From assembly GCF_009914755.1 (NCBI RefSeq), contig NC_060934.1: DNA of 64,000 nt. One strand, written 5' to 3'. The notes under the pieces were generated by a model. The model saw only the letters and a list, made by a program, of their open reading frames with translations. It searched no databases and was not told the origin of the DNA. Shown one piece after another: positions 14,815-26,517 of the stretch (position 1 is its first letter; each line of letters starts with the position of its first letter). Source of the stretch: the human T2T-CHM13v2.0 reference genome, Homo sapiens. A program made the position numbers and the translations under genes.

Positions 14815-15485
14815 GTGAGTCACCCAGGATGCCGTAGGCAGGCAGACACCCTGGCTCTGAGCACAGTGGACGTGGCGGCGGGGGGGTGCCCTCCATGGCC
14901 CTCATACCTTTTCATGCCTCAGTCCGGGATCCTGTGATATTGTGACTGAATGACTACTTATTTAAGGCAAGGCATTGCTTCTGGAGTAAAATCTCACCCT
15001 AAGGTAGGTTTCAGGCCCTCAGATGGAGCCCAGGGTATGATGTGCTTTTGAATTTTCTGAAAAGGTGCTGGGGGATGGCAGTGCCTCTGGGGTCTGATGG
15101 CCCTGACATTAGGTGAGAAGGAAGGTGGCGTTGTCTCGGAGGCTGTGGTTTGTTTAAACCGGGCACTGGAGGGAAAGCAGGCAGTGTCTGGTGTGCACAA
15201 GCACCCACTGAAATACAAACCTTAGTGAACACAGGTAACACCCCTTGATGTGTGCTGTATCCAGTTGTTCTGTGGGATTGACATGTGTTCACTCATTTAA
15301 GCCTCACACTAAATCTAAGATGTTATCCCCATTTTCCTTACAAGAAAACCGAGGCATAGGGATGCCAACTGGGCTGGGTGCACGAGGGAGGACTGGAAAC
15401 AGGATTCTGAGCTCCTGACCAGGGGCTGAACTTGTGGCTATTTGTTTATCTGATTAGCCAACAAATACCTACTTTGTGAAATTCT

Positions 15486-15779
<294 letters not shown>

Positions 15780-16540
15780 CCCTACTTTGTGGAATTCTTA
15801 TGCTGAGGAATTAAATGAGTGAGCAAAGCAGACACAACTCTCTGGTTCCGTGGAGACTGCGTTTATAGATGGGGAGAGAGGACAGTGGCTGAGGATCCTC
15901 CTGCTCTCTGGATGGTGAGCAGTGCTCAGAGGCATGCCGAGGAGGGCCTGCTGGAGATCCCCCAGACAGCAATGCTGAGGAAGGTGCTCCCAGGCTGCTG
16001 GTGGCTCATGGGGCCCTCAGGGGACACTCATCCCAGGCAGAGGGAAAGGATGCTCTGGAGCTGATGCTCACAGGGGAGGGGGCTCCGAGCCCGCACAGGG
16101 CAGTGAGGATGGGAACTGCAGGGGCAGGGCCGGCTTCTTTGTGGGCAGCCTGAGGAGGTTGGCTTTTATGTTATGTGAGATTCGAAGGTCCTGAGCAGGG
16201 ACTGGCCCACACCAAGAGCTTTCTAAAGGGAACCTCTGCTGTTCACCGAGGCAGGAGGCAGGGCTCCCTGCCGGGGCTTTGCAGTCACCTAGCAAGAGAT
16301 GGTGGGTCCAGACTGGCTACTGTGCAGATGGCGAGAAACCTCCAAGGGTCTGGAGGTATGGAGGGCATGGAGGGCAGATGGGGTTTGCTTGCTAAGTACA
16401 CGCAGGCATAAACAGAGGAGGCAAGGATCACTCCATTCCTGGCCTGAGCACATGGAAAGGGTAGAGTTGCAATTTATGAGGACTAGGAAGCCCTGAGACA
16501 CACTTCTTGCAGGTAGGATGAGGAGCGGAGACTCATGAGG

Positions 16541-16893
16541 CCAGGGTGAAAGTGTGTGTCCCACGGCCGAGGACAGGACTGGGGATGCTGGGGTGAAAGT
16601 GTGTGTCCCACGGCGGAGGACAGGACTGGGGATGCCGGGGTGAAGGTGTGTGTCCCGCGGTGGAGGACAGGACTGGGGATGCCGGGGTGAAAGTGTGTGT
16701 CCCACGGCGGAGGACAGGACTGGGGATGCCGGGGTGAAAGTGTGTCCTGCAGCTGATTACAGGACTGGGGATGCTGGGGTGAAGGTGTGTGTCCCACAGC
16801 TGAGGATAGGATTGGGGATACCAGGGTGAAGGTGTGTGTCCCTCAGCTGAGGACAGGACTGGGGATGCCAGGGTGAAGGTGTGTGTCCCGTGG
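16541..16893. repeat. 47-bp minisatellite, about 7.5 copies
   Basis: unit GGGGTGAA(A/G)GTGTGTGTCCCACGGCGGAGGACAGGACTGGGGATGCC; anchors at 16544, 16591, 16638, 16685, 16732, 16777, 16824, 16871. Confidence 0.95.
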
Positions 16894-18057
16894 CCAAGAA
16901 TGTGCAGTAAGCCGCTGTGTCCCAGCATCTTCAGGAGGGTTTGGCTGAGCTCATGGGTTTAGGAATCTTCAGCGTCTCCACGTAGTTAAAGATGCAGAAC
17001 TCACAGAGCTTCCCTGAGGGCCTGAGTGCAGGCAGGAGAGAGAGAAGGTCCAGGACTGATTCCTCAGGGCGCCATTGTTAAGAGTAGGGTGGGAAGAGGA
17101 AACCCCAGCCCAGGAGACTGAGGAGTGGCAGAGAGGTGGGGTGGAGATGCCCTGTGGCATCCCTGGGAACACAGATGATCCACCTTCCACCACCACTGCC
17201 CGCCCTTCTGTGTTGGCCCATCCACCCGCATCTCAGCAGCAGGAACCGGATGAGGAACCGTTCTGTCCTGGGTGGATCTTGCTTTCCCCGTCTTTCTTGT
17301 TCAGACTTGTGAAGATTAATTGGCTTAAAACTGGTATTTGCTTTATTTAAAAAATATTGCCTTCAAAACTGATTTATGTGGGAAAAAAAAAGCCTGATTT
17401 ATATGGTTCTGTCAAATATATATATATATACATACACACCTTGTACAGTATTTACCTTTTGATGTAGAATGATCTTTTTTCTAATGTAATTTACCTGGAG
17501 ATCCCCCTGCAGCATGGCAGTGTGTCCACCACATCCGTGAACTTACCCAGAATCTCGTGACCGGAAGCTGCGGAGCTGGGGTTCGAGCCCCACGGGTTCT
17601 CCTCCTGCAGTCCTGCCGTCCTCGCAGTGGCATCCTCTTTCTGCGATTACCTTAGTTTGCTTAGTAATCTGTTTTCCTTTTTTCTCCCTAGTTTGTAAGA
17701 AAAGAAATTTTCCCTTAATCTTTTACCAACTTAGAAACCATCATGTTACTTTTCTTTTAGTTGCCGGTGGCGGGATACGGTGAGCTGATGTATCTCACAC
17801 GTGGCTCAGGATGAGACACAGAGGCCCCGACAGGCAGGGAGAACGCAGCCCCTCTGCTGCTCTTCATGAGTTGTTAACCTTGGACTTCTGCTTCTCACCT
17901 TGATTCATCCGGGCATCGTGATAAATGCTGTCTCATACGCCTCTCAAATCTTTACCGGAATGCAGCTTGTTGAAAAGTACAGAAAGCTATTTTTAGCACT
18001 TTGCAACTTGCCTTTCATTGTTCACTTTAGCTGTTTCGTTCTGTGTTTGCACATTAG

Positions 18058-18128
18058 ATCAAAGAAATCGGCTGGACAGATGTCGGGGGCTGGACCGGCC
18101 AAGGAGGCTCCATTCTTGGGACAAAACG
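18058..18128 (+). CDS. PFKP: PFKP exon 14 (71 nt)
   Basis: IKEIGWTDVGGWTGQGGSILGTKR. Confidence 0.96.
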
Positions 18129-19471
18129 GTAACTTCCAAATCTCAACTCTATGACCTGCTTTTAAGGAAGAAGGAAGAGCCGTGTTCTGGGAGAGAATCG
18201 CTGGGTGCCGACGCCAGTTGGATTCCTGGAAAGGCGTCCCTAAGGGAGGGGTGCAGGCAGTTACCGGTCCTCCCTCCAGTGGAACTGCCCGTGTTCCAGG
18301 GAGCTGGGGATGTGTCCCAGGGCGTAAGAGAGATGAGGAGGTAACTTGTGAATGCCTTCCTCTAATTCATATTTCCATTCATTTGAAAAGCCAGCTGGCG
18401 AGCCTAAAGCCTCCACTTGGAGGTCATAAAGATGAGTGGTGTCACGGAGCCGTGGAGATGGCACTCTAAGCAAACCCTAAAGCAGCCTGGATAGCAGGTA
18501 GCATTGGTGGGAAGCATAGCCCTGAGCAGCTGTGACTCGAGGCTCAGATTTCCACAGCCGAGGAAAGGACCCAAGGAATTCTAGTCTAAAAATCTCTTTT
18601 TCAGACCTACAGTAAGCCTGGCGTCCCTGCATCCCTGGGGACAATGGGATTTCCTAATGTAGATGAAGCCTGAGTAATTCTCACCTTTGATCATGTCAGA
18701 GGTGCGAATATTAATCTCTGTCATCACTACACATTACAATTTCACATGGAAGGAAGGTAGTTTTTGGCAAATATAATAAATGATGGATTCCATGTAATTC
18801 CGGCTTATTGTTCCAAGGGAGTTAGCTGCACCCTTTGCTTTGCTTTACAGCCAGGACCCTGGTACTCCCAGCCACTGGTGGGATGGTGGGAGCCTCGGAG
18901 CTGGGTTAGCTCTACAGCTGCCTCCCGGCTGTTCTCATGAGCTCTGTGTGTGGGTGCCCTGGACGGTAAAGCTCTAGGTAGAGGCAGATGCATCCCTCGG
19001 TGTGCGTTCTGGGGCTGAGGACTGGCTGCTGACACCCCGGGCACAGGTGCTTGATAGGGCCAGGGCGTTGCTCTCGAACGTAGAGAGGACTCGCTGGCTG
19101 TTGTGGGCTCGTCCTGAAGAGGCTTAAGAAACCTCACCTTAGGGGCCAGCACAGGTTTGCACTTAGCTGCATTCACTTGTCTGCTCTGATTGCCTGGCCT
19201 GAACGTTTTTGCCCTACGGTGTCTTATAAATCTACCAAGAGTACAAGTACTTCACTTCTTCCAATCAACATGAAACCTTTGGATGGGCTTGGGATGGGAT
19301 CCAGGGAGGGGCACAGTCTGGTGTTGCACTTGTTAGCCCTGTCATGTGACATTGGTGAGAGCATGGGGGAGGGAGAGCAGGTATGAGCAGATGGGATTTT
19401 AAATGAGATCAATAGTGGATAATGCATATGTAAGTTATTTGGAAACTGGAAATTTCCATTTAAACAATTAT

Positions 19472-19763
<292 letters not shown>

Positions 19764-20063
19764 TTATTAATTATAACTTCTTAATTTTATTTTTTCTAAT
19801 GGGGCAGTAGAGTTCTTTTTAGGTCAAGGTATGAGCTGAAATGCTTTATTCCATTTTCTCACGAAAACACTGTTTTGAGATGAGATTCCTGGTCATTCTG
19901 CCATCTGCCAGCCACAACGGCATGAGTGAAAAGGCAAACGTTTACCGCTCCTTAATTAAAACCACAGACTGGGGAAGGCGGCCGGGTGGGGACTGGCGTG
20001 GCGTCCCGCGGACCGCGTGGAGTTTGGGGTGTCTGACATCGTTCTCCACGTGGCTATTTTCAG

Positions 20064-20151
20064 CGTTCTCCCGGGGAAGTACTTGGAAGAGATCGCCACA
20101 CAGATGCGCACGCACAGCATCAACGCGCTGCTGATCATCGGTGGATTCGAG
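20064..20151 (+). CDS. PFKP: PFKP exon 15 (88 nt)
   Basis: VLPGKYLEEIATQMRTHSINALLIIGGFE. Confidence 0.96.
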
Positions 20152-20601
20152 GTACGTTACCGTTTCTCTCTTGCCGGTCTTGCAGGTGTGAGCCGCGCCC
20201 TGTGTTGGCTAAACATTAAGTTACTTGTTGGCTACTGGCCACGATCCGAGATGATAGGTTCCCAGACCCAGCGGCCACTGGAGAATTGTAGAACAGCAGG
20301 ATAGCAGGTGGTAAGACGTGGCCTACGAGTGGCCCAGTTCCAGTAAAGCAACTTAACCGAGAAGCAAAAGCTTGACTCCTTAACCGGGCCTCATCTATTC
20401 AGTGAGCTCTTGTATTTCAGGCCTGTGGAAGTAATTCTATCTCTTGAGTCCAGAGTCCAGTGGCTACTTAGAGACTAAGGTAGTTATACCTAGAATTTTG
20501 TTTAAAATCACATATTGGACTGTAGACCCTAATATTTTTTCTATTCATGAAGATTAGTCTCATGGTAACCTTTCCATTTACTTTTAGAAAAAGTAAAAAC
20601 T

Positions 20602-20897
<296 letters not shown>

Positions 20898-21163
20898 AGT
20901 AAGAACCTCAGAAATGAGACTCTTACCCATGAGAGGTTTAGTCATCTAACCGATCATGTCTGTCCTGCGCCCTTTGTGCTTACAACCTGCCGATCCTTGT
21001 CTGTGGTCTTAAGGCAACTGTGTGTTGATCTCGGAGTGTTTTCGTGATGCCCCAGTGTGCTCCCTGCGTGCTGTGGTGGAGGTGGCGCTCCCAGCCTCTC
21101 CCAGCGAGACCCCCTCCTCCCCAGCTTCCCTCTCGCCCCACAACTCCCACGCTTGTCTGACAG

Positions 21164-21316
21164 GCCTACCTGGGACTCCTGGAGCTGTCAGCCGCCCGGG
21201 AGAAGCACGAGGAGTTCTGTGTCCCCATGGTCATGGTTCCCGCTACTGTGTCCAACAATGTGCCGGGTTCCGATTTCAGCATCGGGGCAGACACCGCCCT
21301 GAACACTATCACCGAC
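21164..21316 (+). CDS. PFKP: PFKP exon 16 (canonical, '16a', 153 nt)
   Basis: [51 protein letters not shown]; cag|...|gtaag. Confidence 0.97.
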
Positions 21317-21641
21317 GTAAGTCCGTGTGCGCCCTGCCAGGCGGGCGCCGGCTGACGCTAACCCCGGGGCCCCGGCCCTTTTTATCTACCAGTGCGCTAG
21401 AAATAGCCTTTTACAAATACCCTGAATGAGAGCTTCTCGTTCTTTTTTTCCCCCAGAAAAGTATGTTTTAAGACTCTGAAAATTTTTGATCTCACTCCCA
21501 GAAAGTTTTACCACCTCTTCTTCTGTGTGGCCACCAGGGGGACGTAGTGTGGCCGAGACTCCAGGGGTGCCCGTGAGCACCCGAGGCGCTGAGGAGGGCT
21601 GGGTCGCAGTCTCCTGTGATTGTACCAGCATTAAAAATCAC

Positions 21642-21643
<2 letters not shown>

Positions 21644-21673
<30 letters not shown>
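21644..21673. repeat. (TG)n microsatellite
   Basis: pure TG array. Confidence 0.9.
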
Positions 21674-21676
<3 letters not shown>

Positions 21677-21925
21677 AGCCTAAATTTTCTTTGAGCCTCC
21701 AATACCCATTATGATGAACCCCTGCCTTGATGCTGAGGGTAGAAATTGAATTGAATATTTTATAATTTTATTCATTGCCCTGAATGCACCATTGCATTTG
21801 TTATCTCTCTGGTCTTGGCTGTTGACCTCATTTTCCCCTTTGTAAACTGGGGATGTTAAATTACCTCTAAGGCAATAATTGGTGCTACTTTAGTTTTTTT
21901 GCCAAGAGACAATAATAAAACATAG

Positions 21926-22159
<234 letters not shown>

Positions 22160-23061
22160 TGAAGATCCGTACCTAACACAGAAAGCATTTCATTTTTTAA
22201 AAATTTGATGTCTAAAAGTTTGTAGTAATTCTCAAGTTTTAATTTTTCTTGTGAGACTTGGTTCTCATGAATATTTTTCAAAGATATTTTTTCTTGTAAA
22301 ACCTTGGCATGAAACTTATTTCTAGCACTGGTAAATAAAAAAAACAAGCTTTTAACATACAGCTCATATGGTAAGTAATGCTTAGCACTCGTTTCTTGCT
22401 TTTCTGAGCGTTTTAAACTTTCTTCACTTTCTTTGCGAAGGAAACCTGCCCAGGTTTTCCTGTGTTCACTGGCTTTGGGGGCAACTTTCACCTTATTTTT
22501 GGCAGTTGCTAATCTCTGACCTAGACGTTGCTTCTGTTCTCCTGGTGGTGGGTGTCACGGCTTTGCTGCTGCGGGGCTGGCCCGGCTCTGGACCGACCTT
22601 CGCACTGTGAATGTGAAGATGAGCCTCTTTCACAGACTGGATTCCGTCATTGCTTTCACTGCTCTTTCGCCTGCTTTAGCTAGATTTTTGGGTCTGTGAA
22701 AGTTGGGTGTGCAATGGGAGGGACTGAAGCTTCTTTTTTCCCTAATTGTTACCTAATTGGAACTCGCCCAGAGGGAACGGGTGGAGAATTTGAGAGCGGT
22801 CGCTGCAGTTAGCTGAGTTTCTTTTTAATTCCAGGGTCCTCTGCTATAAATGTTTTTTTTTTTTTTTTTTTCAGATTGTAAATATGTAACAAATGCATAG
22901 GGTCAAATTTATGAAAACCAAAATACGTGGGGCAAAAACACCCCACAAATGATCATTTCCACCTGCTTTTACTTCCCTTGGAGGGATTGTGTGATTTATT
23001 ATGCGATTGTTTTAAATGCAGTTTTTCATTCATTCGAGTTTCTCGAAGCTAGGTTAAACAA

Positions 23062-23073
23062 TTTCTTTTTTTT

Positions 23074-23108
<35 letters not shown>

Positions 23109-23389
23109 GAGACAGGGCCTCACTCTGTTTCCCAGGCTGGAATGCAGTGCTGCAATCGCTATTCACTGCAGCCTCGACCTCCCAGGCTTAGGTGATCCTC
23201 CCACCTCAGCCTCCTGAGTAGCTGGGACTACAGGTGGGTGCCACCGTGCCCAGCTAATTTTTTGTATTTCTATAGAGACGGGGTCTCCCTGTGTTGCCCA
23301 GGCTGGTTTCAAAACGTCTGGGCTCAAGCAATCCCCGTCTTGGGCTCTCAAACCACAGGGGTTACAGGGATGAGCCACCGCGCCGGGCC
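23062..23389 (-). mobile_element. AluJ, antisense, long T tract
   Basis: Alu consensus similarity. Confidence 0.88.
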
Positions 23390-24039
23390 TGAAGTTAACT
23401 GATTACAATGTCTGAGAAAGAACTGGAGCGTGTAGTTAGTTGAGCCTCCCGTTGGCCAGGCACAGCCACCTTGGTAAGTGCATGTGTGTGTCCTTGTTGC
23501 CCTTCTGATCCTGAGCTCCAAGGAACAAGGCTGTCTTGGGAGTGCGGTGGTTCTAGTCTCGTGATGGGTGAGTGGCGCCGTCTGACCGAGGTCACCCTGG
23601 CGAATGCTGTGGCTGCTCGGGAGCTGGGGCAGAGAAGAGAAAGCCGCTGAGGGTCCCTCTGTGGACCCTGAAGGGAGAGGGACCGATATGTGAACATGGC
23701 AGCTGTTTTCTCCAGAGCCCTGTTTACTGACGGCCGAACAGTGTGAATCCTGAGACGGTTTGGATTTGGGTCTGAACTGGGCTCGTCTGGCCACAGAAGA
23801 ACATGAGCTGGTGGCATCCTCAGGAAATCAGGGTGTGAGGCAACTGGACGTGGATGGCTCCGGGTCCCCCCGGCCACTGTCCTGAAGCCGCCAGAGGCTG
23901 AGGACGCATGGGAGTGAGCGTCTCTTCCCTGTCCGGCCACACCCTCTGTGACTGGTGACTCATGGCGTGGCCCTGGGCAGCATTTAGGTTTGAGGTCTGT
24001 AGATGGCTCCAGTATACTGGCTTCTCTTGTTCAGAAAAT

Positions 24040-24255
24040 TTGGTGATTCTCATGGGGGCAGGGGTGGTGATTTTGCCCCAGGGGATGTTTGCAACGTCCA
24101 GGGAGGTTTCTGGTTAGAAGTGGGAAAAGGGATGCTCCCAGCATCTGGGGCTGGAGACAAGGGACGCTGCGGAACGTCCCTCAGAGCACAGGGTGGGCTC
24201 CATAATAGGAGTCTGGCTCAGGACGTCGCCGTGTTGTGCTTCGGAAGCCCTGGGC
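24040..24255. mobile_element. MER20-like DNA transposon relic
   Basis: GGTGATTTTGCCCCAGGGGA... resembles the recalled MER20 consensus. Confidence 0.6.
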
Positions 24256-25190
24256 GGGGCTGATGTGGTGAAGCCTCATCTTCTCTGGACACGTGCGTCC
24301 TCGTCCTCTCTCATGATTTCCTTCTTGCCAGCATTGATGCTTAGCCCCTCAGAATCTATGCGGTGCTGGTGAGTGGTCCTCCGGGCAGAGCAGAAGGAAT
24401 GAGATACCTCAGAGCCGGTGTGACACGTTCTCAGGATACGGCTGCAGGGAGTTTCAGTCCGACCCTTTCATTCCTTAGCACTGGCCCATTACTCCGTCCT
24501 GTAAGCTCGATAAGGTCACATCAGAAGCACAGTAAGCTGCTGCCACGCTGCCGTCAGCTGCCGCGAAGGTGGCAGTGACCACAGCCTCGTGACTGATTCA
24601 CAGCCTGGCTGCGCTTGGTCTTGAGAATTTTATGTTTTGCTGGGCAGGGTCTCCCCCGTATTGAAGCTTCCCTTCCCTTTTTTGGAGACTGAAGGAAGGA
24701 AAAGAGGAGTGATAGGGAAGAGGGGAGAGAGGATTTGCAGCATTGTGGCTGTCCCCACAGATTTCAATGTGGAGTTAAGGTGCCAAGACCCCCACCTGCC
24801 CTCCTGTGTGCCTCAGGCCCCTCCTGGTCCCAGGTCACCCACACCGTCTGGCTTCCAGCGAGCGCTTCTCGGAGAAACAGCCAGCTCCCCACAGCCAGTC
24901 TTGGTCAGTCCTGAGCTCGGGTACTCCAAAGTGAAGTGAGCGACATCACCTGTCTGAAAAGCATAAGGAGACTCCCACGTGGCGGTGCTGAGGGGCCACA
25001 TCCTGGGCACCAGGCCAGCCAGTGCCCCGACATGAGTGTTGCTGGCCGGGAAGCAGCTGGCATTTGGATTGAAGTCCTGCAAAAACTGCCATGGCCAGAG
25101 CCTGCCAGGCAGAGCCTGCACAGAGCGGCCCAAGAGCTGGGCACGTGCTGGGCCTGGGTGGATGTGGAGGCTGTGCCATGGGGCGCGGGG

Positions 25191-25271
25191 GACCCTGCTC
25201 ACAGCTCACCTTGTGGTCACCCAGCACTGACCCTGCTCACAGCTCGCCTTGTGGTCACCCAGCACTGACCC
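25191..25271. repeat. 38-bp tandem duplication (2 copies)
   Basis: GACCCTGCTCACAGCTC(A/G)CCTTGTGGTCACCCAGCACT x2. Confidence 0.9.
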
Positions 25272-26364
25272 ACCCGCCCCACCCTCCTATCCACCATGCT
25301 GTGAACTCACCTGCCACGGGTCTACACCCACTGTCCGAAGCCCTCGGCCCACACGGGCTCCAGGCCTTGGGATGCTTTGCGTTGCACCAGGGCTGCAGAG
25401 TCCAGATCGCTCACTGTCCGACTCTCCCAGGGAGGTGTGGGCGCCGCCCTGTGTCCCACCAGTAGCATTTCTGCAGCAGATGTGGGGATATTCACAGTAA
25501 GACGGACACGTCCAAGACCATAAATAGTTGGTTTTGCCACCACGTGGATGTCAAAAACACCTTGCTGTGTGGGGCCACTTGGAGGTGGGAACAGTGGGCG
25601 TGTGGACCTGTCCTGCTGTGACTTTGGTTAACACCCTGAGGTGGAGTCTGAAAAACCCCGGTGTACACGGGCTCAAGAACCGCTCCCCTTTCTGATACCG
25701 GAGCGCATTTCCCAGTGGAACCCCAGAGCAGCAACTCAGGTTCTTGCTCGCCTGTGCGGCTTTGTGTGCGGCTTGCCGAGGGCAGAAACGGCAGCTTCCG
25801 CCCGGAGAGCAGAGATGTGGCGTGGGGCTGAGTGTGGCCCACCGGTAATCCAGCTGCATGCCCCCTTCCCTGCCTGCACCTGGGCGCCGCCTCTGCACGA
25901 TGAAGGCAGGCATTTGGTGTGGTCCTTACAGCCGTGTGCCCCATCCCACTGATCCTTGCCTGCCTGCAGAAAGCTACAGGATTGGCTTTGCCTTTAAGTG
26001 TCCTGACTGCCCTGGCCTCCCTTACCTACCATGACACGCCGAGAGCTGAGCTGTCCCACTCGTGACTAACTCGCCGTTGCCTGCAACCTGCTCCGTTGCC
26101 TGCCTCACACCCACCCCGCTGTGCTGCCTGCAGGCACCCCCTTTCATGAGGACCTGGGCTGTGCCCAGGCGGCCCCCTGTGTTGCTGGGGCCTGTGCTGC
26201 TCTCGCACGGCCTCCAGAGCCTCCCTCGGCCCCTTGACCCGCATGAACCGGCTTCCCCTGGTGACTCAGTCCCCTCCCGTCCCTTCCTGGACCTCAGCAC
26301 AGGCCCTGGGGCTGGCAGGTGAGCACCCGGCACCCCCGCTAACCGCTTGGCCCTGCTGCTTCAG

Positions 26365-26517
26365 GCTTACAAGAGTGCGTGCGACATGGCCGAGGCACGA
26401 GGCCGCCACCAGGAGCTTTGCATCCCCCTGTGTGTGGTGCCGGCCACGATTAGCAACAATGTCCCAGGCACAGAAATAAGCCTGGGCTCCGACACTGGCC
26501 TGAATGCTGTTGTTGAG
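26365..26517 (+). CDS. PFKP: Paralogous alternative PFKP exon '16b' (153 nt), candidate mutually exclusive exon
   Basis: GCTAAC branch motif 26338-26343, ttcag acceptor, GAG|gtaaga donor; open frame [51 protein letters not shown], gap-free 24/51 identity to exon 16a. Confidence 0.88.

Noticed and set aside
16289-16928. Repetitive ORFs and a CRISPR-like periodicity
   Set aside because: A simple 47-bp minisatellite without unique spacers, in a eukaryotic intron.
22841-22875. TATAAA followed by a T19-CAG acceptor-like tract
   Set aside because: No matching donor, ORF or promoter context; most likely a simple poly-T.
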